A DNA stretch of 32,000 nucleotides. It comes from Candidatus Omnitrophota bacterium (GTDB taxonomy: Bacteria; Omnitrophota; Gorgyraeia; Zapsychrales; JANLHA01). Location of the stretch: contig OY759724.1 in the NCBI GenBank assembly GCA_963662715.1, forward strand, positions 270,001 through 302,000, given 5' to 3'. Made by a program: the position numbers and the translations under genes. Shown here one piece after another: positions 17,754 through 26,394 of this stretch (positions are counted from its first letter, which is position 1; the number at the start of each line of letters is the position of its first letter). The notes under the pieces were generated by a model, which saw only the letters and a list, made by a program, of their open reading frames with translations, was not told the DNA's origin and made no database searches.

Positions 17754-18178
17754 TTATTTCCCCTGATTAATCACCGTATTAGTCGCCTGTTTCAGCGTTT
17801 CTTCATCTGCCAGATAATATGATTTTAACGGTTTTAATGTTTCATCCAGTTCATAAACCAGGGGGATACCTGTAGGTATATTTAAATTGACAATATCTTT
17901 ATCGGAAATATTATCTAAATATTTAACCAACGCTCTTAAACTATTTCCGTGTGCAGAGATGATTATTCGTTTGCTTTCACGTAAATAAGGTTCGATATCG
18001 CTATGCCAATAAGGCAAAAATCTGTTTACCGTATCTTTTAGGCTTTCACAGTGTTTCCTAAATATCAATCATTTTTCTTACATGCCCATATCTAGCCTTA
18101 GCTATTTTTTCCATAGTCATCCTGCGTATCTTCTCCATACGGTCATCCAAACACTTTAAGATATACTTTTTTACTCAT
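17754..18178 (-). pseudogene. gpmA: 2,3-bisphosphoglycerate-dependent phosphoglycerate mutase relic (C-terminal ~100 aa only)
   Basis: [13 protein letters not shown]...[52 protein letters not shown]...NQGK matches the GpmA C-terminus. The N-terminal ~150 aa with the RHGES catalytic motif are missing. Only ~110 nt separate the relic from the fetB stop. Confidence 0.75.
18055..18148 (-). repeat. copy A of a ~90-nt imperfect direct repeat flanking fetAB
   Basis: Shares the identical cores TTCCTAAATATC (18055-18066) and CATAGTCATCCT (18112-18123) with copy B, in the same order and with similar spacing (57 vs 52 nt). Additional matches ATATCTA, TTAGC and CCAT(A)CGG.CA.CC. Confidence 0.5.
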
Positions 18179-18180
18179 AG

Positions 18181-18966
18181 TTATATAAAAATGTCTTGAT
18201 TCAAAGTACCGTACTTTGAGAAACAAACACGTAACGTCAGAAAAATGGTGAGAAAAACACTTGTAATAGTACTAACCACAATTCCTATCATAATCATAAT
18301 TTGATATTTAATAGCCACTTCAGGGCTCGTTCCTCCTAATATAACACCTGTCATCATTCCTGGTAGGGCTACTATCCCCATAGTTGCCATTGATGCAAGC
18401 GTTGGTTTAAGAGCAAGTTGAACACTTTCTCTCAAATAGGGTAAAATAGCTTCGTTGAAAGTTGCACCGAGAGATAATGTGTATAGAAACCTTTTTGTGT
18501 CTTTTTTGATATTTTTATAAAAAGCGGAAATGCCGATAATATTGCCTCTTAAAGAATTACCCAGAAGCATTCCCCCGAGAACGATCAAATATCTGGCGTC
18601 AAAAATATAATCAAGTCGTATGACAAATATGTTGATATAAAAAATAACCGCAAATGTTGCTATAGCGAATGATATAAAAACCGGCACAAGGATTTTACCC
18701 GGCTTCATCGAAGATCCGCGAATAGCCGAAAAAACCGCTACTAAAATCATCACAATAAGCCATGATAGGTTAATATAAGCTTTATTCCATAAAAACAGAT
18801 ATTTCAAAAACACACCGATAAGAACAAGCTGAACGGTCATCCTGCCGGCGGAAGTCAAAAGCGGTTTAATAAGGTCGAGGCCGTAAAGACGGCTTAAAAT
18901 AACCGGGACAGCCAACAATAAGAATGCTAATAACAGCGAATATACAGAAATATCTATTGTTTCCAC
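18181..18966 (-). CDS. fetB: ABC exporter permease, FetB/YbbM (UPF0014)-like
   Basis: 261-aa multi-pass membrane protein. Overlaps the upstream ATPase gene by 13 nt. Confidence 0.75.
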   Translation of the reverse strand: METIDISVYSLLLAFLLLAVPVILSRLYGLDLIKPLLTSAGRMTVQLVLIGVFLKYLFLWNKAYINLSWLIVMILVAVFSAIRGSSMKPGKILVPVFISFAIATFAVIFYINIFVIRLDYIFDARYLIVLGGMLLGNSLRGNIIGISAFYKNIKKDTKRFLYTLSLGATFNEAILPYLRESVQLALKPTLASMATMGIVALPGMMTGVILGGTSPEVAIKYQIMIMIGIVVSTITSVFLTIFLTLRVCFSKYGTLNQDIFI

Positions 18967-19592
18967 GTTTTTTTCTCCAGATCGAAAACTTTCACATTAG
19001 GATTATCCAGCCATACAGCGTCATGTGAGATGCTGACAACCGTCCAATCCTTTCGTTCTATAAAAAAATCAGCGGTCTTTTTCTTGAGATTCTTATCCAA
19101 AGCTGATGTCACCTCATCCAAAAGAAAAACATTCCGTTCTAATAAAACAGAAACTATTATGGCTACCCTCTGCCTCTCCCCGCCTGAGAGGTCGGAAATA
19201 TCTTTAGCAAGCAGATCACGGCTTAGTTCAAAGAAATCCATTAATTCGCCTATTCTTTCCTCACTGAAATTCAGAACATGATTCGATTTTATCCCGGCAA
19301 CAAAAGAAAACCAATCCGAGACTTTATAATCGCCTAAGCTGACATCTTGATCAACAAACGCTACTTTTTCCCTTACGTGCCAGATTGTGTGTTCATCAAC
19401 AAGCGCCTCATCAAAAAGCACTTTCCCGCTTTGAGGCTCCACGAAACCAAGTACAAGACCAAAAAGCGAGGATTTGCCAAGGCCGGATCTACCTAAAAGG
19501 ACAACCTTCTCACCTTTAGCGATCTCACAAGAGAAATCGTTGAAAATCACCTTGCCGTCAAAATCTAACTTTATTTTTTCATACCTAATCAT
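18954..19592 (-). CDS. fetA: ABC transporter ATP-binding protein, FetA/YbbL-like
   Basis: Walker A GRSGLGKSS, signature LSGGERQR, Walker B VFLLDE. Confidence 0.8.
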   Translation of the reverse strand: MIRYEKIKLDFDGKVIFNDFSCEIAKGEKVVLLGRSGLGKSSLFGLVLGFVEPQSGKVLFDEALVDEHTIWHVREKVAFVDQDVSLGDYKVSDWFSFVAGIKSNHVLNFSEERIGELMDFFELSRDLLAKDISDLSGGERQRVAIIVSVLLERNVFLLDEVTSALDKNLKKKTADFFIERKDWTVVSISHDAVWLDNPNVKVFDLEKKTWKQ

Positions 19593-19644
19593 ATTGCTTT
19601 TCTACTCCACCAACGTCGCGGCGAGCGACATTTCTATCAAGGTA

Positions 19645-19730
19645 TTCCTAAATATCCTCAATATTTTATATATCTATATCTATTAGCAATTTTCATCATA
19701 GTCATCCTATAAGCTAGCCATCGGCCAGCC
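19645..19730 (-). repeat. copy B of the ~90-nt imperfect direct repeat flanking fetAB
   Basis: TTCCTAAATATC at 19645-19656 and CATAGTCATCCT at 19697-19708. See copy A. Confidence 0.5.
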
Positions 19731-19769
19731 GTAGGTTTTCAGAAATATTTTCTTGTATTTTTATTCATA

Positions 19770-22037
19770 TCAATTAGTTGTGTTGAATATCGCTTCCAAA
19801 TATTTCCCAGTATAACTCTTCTTGCATTTAATCAAATCCTCGGGAGTTCCTTCAAATAATATTTTTCCTCCTTTAGAACCACCTTCAGGACCTAAATCTA
19901 TAACCCAATCCGCATGTTTGATAACATCTAAGTTATGCTCTATAACAATTACTGTATTATCATTATCAACTAGGTTTTTTATTATTTTCATTAATTTATT
20001 TATATCTGCCATGTGAAGCCCTGTTGTTGGCTCGTCCATGACATAAATATTTCCTTTTTTGTGTAATTCGGATGCTAATTTTACCCTTTGGCATTCTCCT
20101 CCTGATAGCGTGCTCAATGGCTGCCCTAGCTCTAAATATTCAAGGCCTACGTCACATAAAATCTGCAGCTTTCTCTTAACTTGAAAATTATCAAAAAAAT
20201 CTTTTACTTCTCTTATTGTCATGTTCAGGACTTCAAAAATATTTTTATCCTTATATTTTAATTCCAAGACTTCGTCGGTATATCTTTTTCCGTTGCATTC
20301 GTCGCAGGTAATCTTTACTTCGTCCATAAAGCTCATTTCAAAGCTGAGTGTTCCTAACCCTTTGCATTTTGGGCAAGCTCCTTTAGAATTAAAGCTGAAT
20401 AATGATGGCATCTCATTGTTTGCTTTAGCAAATTCCTGCCTTATCAGATCAAATACACCTATGTAAGTTGCAGGATTTGAACGAGAAGATTTTCCAACAG
20501 GCGATTGATCGATTATTATTGTTTCTCTGTTTTCTCTCAAGAACACATCATTAATCAGGCTGCTTTTCCCTGATCCTGCAACTCCTGTGATACAAGTCAT
20601 CACTTTTCTTGGAATCTTTGTTGACACATTTTTCAGATTGTGCAGCGTCGCATCCTTGATCCCTATATAATCGTTCCATTTTTTTCTGTTGTTATCCGCC
20701 CTTTCTTTTTTATTCAGATATTCTGCTGTCAGTCCTTTTGATCTCTTCAACCCCTCAAATGTTCCTGAATAAATTATTTCTCCACCCAAACTTCCTGCTT
20801 TTGGGCCGATATCAATAATATGTTCCGCACATCTAATCAGAGCAAGGTCATGCTCCACGACAAAAACGCTGTTTCCTTTATCTTTCAATTTTACAAGCAT
20901 CTCAATTAGTTTGTTGACGTCTCTTGGGTGAAGCCCGATTGATGGCTCATCCATTATGTACATCATATCAACAAGGTCGCAGTCAAGCTGTCTTGCCATT
21001 TTTACTCTCTGGCTCTCGCCCCCAGAAAGAGTTGCAACAGAACGGTTCAAAGAAAGATAACCAACGCCAATCTCGATAAGATGAGAGAGTATCTGCCGCA
21101 TCTTTTGAACCATCGGCCTCGCAATATCCCCCTCAATGCTTCCAATAAAATTGTAAAGTTCGCTAAATTCCATGTCTATCAATTCAGGAATTGTCTTCCC
21201 ATTAAGCTTCACGCTTCTTGCTTTCTCGTTAATTCGTGAACCTCCACAGGAATCACAATCAGAATACACAAAATATTTTTGGTAAGCATCTTTCCTGTCT
21301 TTGGATAATTCATCTTTTGCCTTATTTACATATATCCTTTCAAGCTTCCTTACGATGCCTTCATAGTTTTTAGTATAAGTTCCTGCCCCATGCTTTTTTT
21401 CTATAGGGATTGATTTTGCATAAAGAAAATCATTAAGTTCCTTTTCGGAGAAATCTTTAATCTTTTTATCAACATCGAATAGATTGATTGCAACCATCTC
21501 TCTCCAATTCCAGCCACCAACCTTGTGGTCGGGATGGTTTATTGCTCCTTCTCGTATGGATTTTTCTTTATCTAATATCATATCAACATCTACTTTTATT
21601 CTCTTCCCAAGACCTTTGCAATCAGGACACATCCCAGAAGGATGGTTAAATCCAAAAACAAAAGAAGGCCCGATAAACTTATCTCCACATCTTGAGAATA
21701 ATAATCTCAAATAGGTATAAAGTTCTGTTGCTGTTCCAATCGTGCTCCGCAAGGTTATTCCCATCCTTTTTTGGTCAATCACTATCGCTGTTGAAATATT
21801 TTTGATCTCGTCAACAGGAGGTTTTGAAAGCTTTGGCATCCGTGACCTGGCAAAAGAAGAGAATGTTTCGATAAGTTGCCTTTGAGATTCTGTATATACA
21901 GTATCAAAAACAAGGGATGATTTTCCAGAGCCAGATACACCAGTAAAGGCAACAATCTTATTCTTAGGAATCTCTAAAGAAACCCCTTTAAGATTATGCG
22001 TTCTAGCATTTCTAATAATAACTTTGTCGTGATTCAT
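19770..22037 (-). CDS. short UvrA-family ABC ATPase paralog (class II-like, 755 aa)
   Basis: Two ABC modules (GVSGSGKSS / LSGGESQR and GVAGSGKSS / LSGGECQR). Zn modules CPDCKGLG, CDSCGG, CPKCKGLG and CDECNG. About 185 aa shorter than canonical UvrA. Confidence 0.9.
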   Translation of the reverse strand: MNHDKVIIRNARTHNLKGVSLEIPKNKIVAFTGVSGSGKSSLVFDTVYTESQRQLIETFSSFARSRMPKLSKPPVDEIKNISTAIVIDQKRMGITLRSTIGTATELYTYLRLLFSRCGDKFIGPSFVFGFNHPSGMCPDCKGLGKRIKVDVDMILDKEKSIREGAINHPDHKVGGWNWREMVAINLFDVDKKIKDFSEKELNDFLYAKSIPIEKKHGAGTYTKNYEGIVRKLERIYVNKAKDELSKDRKDAYQKYFVYSDCDSCGGSRINEKARSVKLNGKTIPELIDMEFSELYNFIGSIEGDIARPMVQKMRQILSHLIEIGVGYLSLNRSVATLSGGESQRVKMARQLDCDLVDMMYIMDEPSIGLHPRDVNKLIEMLVKLKDKGNSVFVVEHDLALIRCAEHIIDIGPKAGSLGGEIIYSGTFEGLKRSKGLTAEYLNKKERADNNRKKWNDYIGIKDATLHNLKNVSTKIPRKVMTCITGVAGSGKSSLINDVFLRENRETIIIDQSPVGKSSRSNPATYIGVFDLIRQEFAKANNEMPSLFSFNSKGACPKCKGLGTLSFEMSFMDEVKITCDECNGKRYTDEVLELKYKDKNIFEVLNMTIREVKDFFDNFQVKRKLQILCDVGLEYLELGQPLSTLSGGECQRVKLASELHKKGNIYVMDEPTTGLHMADINKLMKIIKNLVDNDNTVIVIEHNLDVIKHADWVIDLGPEGGSKGGKILFEGTPEDLIKCKKSYTGKYLEAIFNTTN

Positions 22038-22741
22038 TTTCTTCCGCTTGTTGCTATTTAATTAGTTTTAATAATTTTACGATTCTTTTCTCCTTAATCT
22101 CCTTCAAAGCCTTGATTTCTATTGGTAAGCCATGATCAAATATTTCTTGAAGCTCTTTGTAAAACATATTGAAAAATATCTCAAGATAGAAAAGAAGGAC
22201 ATATATTTATTCTTAAAAAAAATTGATGGCCTCTGAATCCCATAAGAGGGAAAATCAGGTATTAATATAAAAATCACCACTAACAGCAGGTTCGTCAACA
22301 TATATTGTAGGTGAAAATTTTTCTTTTCTTATCTTTACACAGTCACCACGGAGAGTTTTTTAATAGCGCTTCTAAATTGGTATAAAACACATCTATCTAA
22401 ACGGCCTTCTTTTTATGAGCATTGTTGAACAGGTGATCTCTTCTTCAAGATTATGATACTCTTCTTTCTGTTTTCGTATATACCCCTCAAACAGCTCTTT
22501 TTTATGTGGATACTTCAACATTAATTCGTGACACCTTCTCTGTATGTCTTGATACTATTTTTCATATTCATTTTTATCACTTATTTCATCACTGAGATAT
22601 TCCTTGATAATTTCCATATCAGCCGTTTTTATTTGGTTTGTCAGTTCCTTCTTTGTTCTAATTATCGCATGGGTAGAATCGTTACTTTCTTTCATATACC
22701 CATCATCGAGTATGATGATACCATTGTCGCATAATAGCGGT

Positions 22742-23049
22742 TGTATGTCTTCAAACGAAATGAGACAAATTGCAATTTAATTTAAGAGACGATTTCAGCT
22801 CCAATATTCATTATTTTACCGTTATATTTCCTTCTGGCAAGAATAGTCTTTTGCTTCAAATCTTGCCTTCGTCTTTGTATCTGATCACGCCGTCCATAAT
22901 AAACATCGTCCGGTGTCACATTACCAATCCCTTCATGATAACGCCGTGAGTTGTACCAGTGAATAAATCGCGCGATTTCATCCTCAAGCCGTTCAGGGCT
23001 ATCCCAGACATGCAGAAGAATCGTCTCCTTGGCGCTTCGATGAAACCGC
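22742..23049 (-). mobile_element. 3'-terminal fragment (~308 bp) of a second, inverted copy of the IS
   Basis: 22762-23049 matches 5774-6061 in reverse complement, with a single substitution by eye (AAT to GAT, N to D). It additionally carries the 20-nt IRR tip (22742-22761). Its 5' side ends abruptly inside orfB. Confidence 0.85.
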
Positions 23050-23526
23050 ATACTTCCGAGCGATATACTTGATTTTCTTCCATCTTCTCAGAGCATAAGG
23101 CTGAACATCACATTGAGGGCCGAAATAATTCTTGCACTCTTGAAGAACCATATCACAGAGGTCTGCTTGGATACCTCGAATGAAGGAATGGATGTGAACA
23201 CCCCTCCTTGACGTATTCCGCTCGCAAATCACAAGGCAATGGATATATCGCTCATAAAACTTCTTGTAATCACGGTTGAGGTACTTGAAGAAATGCTTGT
23301 ACGCATCCTTAGCCTCGGTCTTACCCGTCGCCCTCGGGAAAGTCATCGTTGCGTACAAATCGAAAGGCCCCAGTTGCTTAATCAGCTTGCCGAATCCCCG
23401 TATTCGGTCGTATCTGCTTGTCGTTTCCAACGCTTGCAGTTTTAACAGCTCTAACATATAAAATCCCCTCAAGGGTGATGATTCATCACGCCTAAATGAC
23501 TGCATCCAATGTATGTATGTCACCAT
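23050..23526 (-). pseudogene. HUH-type rolling-circle replication initiator (Rep) relic, C-terminally truncated by the IS fragment
   Basis: Motif I-like FDLYATMTF, HUH motif GVHIHSFIRG, and Tyr motif IKYIARKY at the breakpoint, spaced ~45-50 aa apart. The last 17 codons of track ORF 22999..23526 are IS sequence. Confidence 0.55.
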
Positions 23527-23535
23527 ACATAACGA

Positions 23536-23568
23536 AGCCTCCTGCGGGAAGAAGCCGCACAGGAGGCT
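23536..23568 (-). promoter_or_regulatory. strong stem-loop sequestering the Rep SD (or a replication-origin hairpin)
   Basis: AGCCTCCTG(CGG)...(CCG)CA CAGGAGGCT: 9+3 bp with a 2-nt bulge. On the minus strand the 3' arm contains AGGAGG, 7-11 nt upstream of the ATGs. Confidence 0.35.
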
Positions 23569-23707
23569 AAAATCACCACACTTTCACCACGTCAAAAGGC
23601 CAAAATCGACCTTTGATGAGGTGAAGATGTCTTGCAATAACTGGATTTAACTTGTAATAATTGTTTCGTTCTCTCGTCGAGAACTTGTGGATTTGGTGGG
23701 AAAGTGT

Positions 23708-23727
23708 TGGGGCATCACAGGATGCCC
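23708..23727. other. 8-bp GC-rich hairpin immediately downstream of the tRNA-like fragment
   Basis: GGGGCATC acag GATGCCCC. No T-run follows on either strand. Confidence 0.4.
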
Positions 23728-23735
23728 CAGAAGAT

Positions 23736-23762
23736 ATGGTGGAGGTGCGGGGAATCGAACCC
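23736..23762 (-). other. tRNA/tmRNA 3'-end fragment (attachment-site core copy 1)
   Basis: The reverse complement GGGGTTCGATTCCCCGCACCTCCACCA comprises part of the T-stem 5' strand, the T-loop TTCGATT, the T-stem 3' strand CCCCG, the acceptor 3' strand CACCTCC, discriminator A and CCA. No D or anticodon arms lie upstream, so it is not an intact gene. Confidence 0.6.
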
Positions 23763-23864
23763 CTATCAATTATAAAGGGCTAAAACAAATGGTTTTCGGA
23801 AAATTTTTCAAAAAACCACCACATAAAAACCACATGAAATTTTTGAGTGAAAAATTTGACAAAA

Positions 23865-23884
23865 AATGGTGGAGGTGCCGGGAA
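23865..23884 (-). other. second, shorter tRNA/tmRNA 3'-end fragment (attachment-site core copy 2)
   Basis: TGGTGGAGGTGCCGGGAATC matches copy 1 at 19/20 positions and lies 129 nt from it. Confidence 0.5.
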
Positions 23885-23964
23885 TCTCCATCAAGATGTA
23901 AATAATCCTTAAAAAGAAAGTATGTTACAGACATTTTCATCAATTCCCCCACATAAAAACCACA

Positions 23965-25107
23965 TTAAATATTCTTGGCTATTCGATAAACCAATGCAAA
24001 ATCATTTTGTGAAATTTTCTCATTACGCGCCACAAGTGTCCTTACAGCAGTAGCTCCTATTGTCGCAATGGCCAATATAAGCCCCCCCACTGTAAATAGC
24101 TGTTGTTGCTCTTGTACGACACCTCGTAAGAATGTCGTAATTCCTGCCCAAGCCATTCTGTCACTAAACAAATTTTCAAGGAATCTATCAGTATCTCTCC
24201 TATCAAGCATTAAAACATCCCCTATTTCATGTTCTACGTTTTGACGAATGAATTTCTCTACATAGACTGGGAGATTTTCAAGATTGTCTGGAATAGTTAA
24301 CTCCTGAGCAAGTTGATGACATTTTAAACGGAATCGTTGAATTTCTGGTCCATGTTCATTTAACAGCTCTATGATGAAATCTATTTTTTCTTTATCAAGC
24401 GGATCAAGCCGTGGAGAAAGAATTTGACGAAATAATTCCCATTCTACAATATCTATATCTATATTTTGCCCAGTTTGGATGGGTTGCATATGAATCGACA
24501 TTTTTGAAAATAACGTTATAAGATTTTGGTTTGTAAGCAGAATCCTCGCGTTTGCTTTTATAAAATCTTTAAAAACAAAAAGACGCAAAAAATATGACTT
24601 CACAAGCAACTTTTCAACTACCTTTTGATGGACTATCTCATCATAATAGCGATATACTTTTTCCCAATCTTCATCATACTCATAATATTTTTCGAACAAT
24701 AAATGCCTCATAAATTCACCGTAAGCATTATACTGATTACAAGACAGTTTTAATTCATCAAAATTAATCCCCAACATTTCATAAAAACTAGACATTTCAT
24801 CAATTGCTCTAGAACTAGCCGAATATTTCAACATGCACACAAGAATCTTTTTTAAAGGTTTAAATAAATCAACTGTAGTGTTCGATAAATGTTTCATCTG
24901 AATCCAGCTATAAAATTGTTTCTCGAATGTATTCCTCCAACTTGGATTACGTAATTCAACAAGCCTCGGGAAAGGAGAATAATCTAAGGGATATATCACA
25001 GGTGTTTGAGTTAAAATGATCGGCCCGTCAAAATACAAAAATGTTGCGCCACTAATCTGCGAGGCATCTGTGATAGGATCTGGCCATATAAAGGTTGGTG
25101 CACTCAT
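23965..25107 (-). CDS. orphan 380-aa protein with a single C-terminal TM helix; cargo gene between int and att
   Basis: AGGAAG SD 6 nt upstream. Lies 32 nt downstream of int. Mostly helical-looking sequence, with C-terminal LFTVGGLILAIATIGATAVRTLV. No family recognised. Confidence 0.6.
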   Translation of the reverse strand: MSAPTFIWPDPITDASQISGATFLYFDGPIILTQTPVIYPLDYSPFPRLVELRNPSWRNTFEKQFYSWIQMKHLSNTTVDLFKPLKKILVCMLKYSASSRAIDEMSSFYEMLGINFDELKLSCNQYNAYGEFMRHLLFEKYYEYDEDWEKVYRYYDEIVHQKVVEKLLVKSYFLRLFVFKDFIKANARILLTNQNLITLFSKMSIHMQPIQTGQNIDIDIVEWELFRQILSPRLDPLDKEKIDFIIELLNEHGPEIQRFRLKCHQLAQELTIPDNLENLPVYVEKFIRQNVEHEIGDVLMLDRRDTDRFLENLFSDRMAWAGITTFLRGVVQEQQQLFTVGGLILAIATIGATAVRTLVARNEKISQNDFALVYRIAKNI

Positions 25108-25139
25108 GCAATCTTCCTAATATTTTCTAAAAATAACTT

Positions 25140-26240
25140 TTATACTGAGCTCATTTTTAAAACTTTTGTTCTTCCCTCTTCCGTCGAGTGAGAATAATAT
25201 TTAATCAGCACATTAATATCCGTATGGCCGGTAATGGCCATGACATCCCGAATGGGCATATTTTTTAACCCGGCCTCCGTGATCAATGAATGGCGAAAAT
25301 CGTGAGGGGTTACTCTTTTCTTAATTGTTCGTTGGCTGACACTTGCTAGATATTCGCGAAAATGATTACTTGATATTTTATTACCTAATGAATTCGGAAA
25401 CAACCAAATATATCCTTTTTGTCTGAAACTAAATTGTTTAATGACACTAGCCAAATCGTCGTCAATCGTTTCCAGGACAAACTCCTTTTTGTTTTTTCTG
25501 ACTTCTGGATCAAGCCGAATTAGAACTGGATTCAGACCACGAAATTTAACATTTTCTTTCTTAACCGATAATACCTCCTCGATACGCCAACCAAGCCGAA
25601 TCAACATATACGTGACACCATAGTATTCAAGACGATGCTGCTTTATAGCTGCAAGGAGCTTTTGCTTGTCAGTCTTTGTTAACTCCTTGTACTTTTTTTG
25701 CATTTGAAAGGGCTTCTTAAACTCAGATAAATATTCACTCACTTCTTTTTTACAATACCCTAAACGCACAAGGCGACTAAAAACTCCTTTAAGAGTCCCC
25801 AATTCAGAACGCCACCCCTTCTTTCGTCCCTGGTCATTCACCACAAAATTCTTATATTCATTAAAGACATCTGTAGTAATCACATTCACATTCTGAATTT
25901 CGGGATACTTATCAGGAAGAAACACGAAGAAGAAAGTATTGTAGGTATTTAATGCCCGGCTAATTGTTTTCTTTCGAAGATTATCCCCTTTTAAATCCCT
26001 GATAAATTGTTCCTTTAAAGCATCGAAAGCGATATTTCTCTTTCCTGCTCGTATCTCATCCTTCGAAATAACTGTTTGCTGAATCAGCCGTGATTTTTCC
26101 TGGTAAGCTTCGTACATTGAAGCTGCTTTAATACGTTTGAAAATTCGCGGGCCTTTGTTGGGAAGCTGAAAGTTAATTTCAAAGACTCCGTCCTTAATCT
26201 TTCTGACACCCAGAAACTTTTTAGACGATTTGTATCTCAA
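25140..26240 (-). CDS. int: tyrosine site-specific recombinase (integrase)
   Basis: LGWRIEEVL (Arg), HDFRHSLIT (HxxR), ITGHTDINVLIKYYSH (His, Tyr). TTG start with a GGGGGAG SD. Confidence 0.9.
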   Translation of the reverse strand: MRYKSSKKFLGVRKIKDGVFEINFQLPNKGPRIFKRIKAASMYEAYQEKSRLIQQTVISKDEIRAGKRNIAFDALKEQFIRDLKGDNLRKKTISRALNTYNTFFFVFLPDKYPEIQNVNVITTDVFNEYKNFVVNDQGRKKGWRSELGTLKGVFSRLVRLGYCKKEVSEYLSEFKKPFQMQKKYKELTKTDKQKLLAAIKQHRLEYYGVTYMLIRLGWRIEEVLSVKKENVKFRGLNPVLIRLDPEVRKNKKEFVLETIDDDLASVIKQFSFRQKGYIWLFPNSLGNKISSNHFREYLASVSQRTIKKRVTPHDFRHSLITEAGLKNMPIRDVMAITGHTDINVLIKYYSHSTEEGRTKVLKMSSV

Positions 26241-26394
26241 TTAACACTCCCCCCTTATTATCCGACAAAGGCAGGCTGTGCTTAAGCTTGAAAAAATACC
26301 CTGTAACTGGCTTTTGAAATTTGAAAGATAAGGAAAGGAGAATTGACTACGGGAAAGAATATTTCGAAAACAATCAGCGTGGAATCCAGAAAAT

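Noticed and set aside
22119-22734. ORFs 22119..22301 (-) and 22528..22734 (+)
   Set aside because: They are extremely AT-rich and Phe/Ile/Leu-rich translations typical of non-coding DNA. They overlap more plausible eroded fragments.
22782-23051. 89-aa ORF annotated as a separate protein
   Set aside because: It is the C-terminal fragment of the IS transposase orfB with a fortuitous Met. It lacks the DDE core.
23736-23815. Possible intact tRNA or tmRNA gene on the minus strand
   Set aside because: Only the last 27 nt look tRNA-like. The base that should complete the 5-bp T-stem is A rather than C. The upstream ~50 nt has no D or anticodon arm. It is treated as an att fragment.
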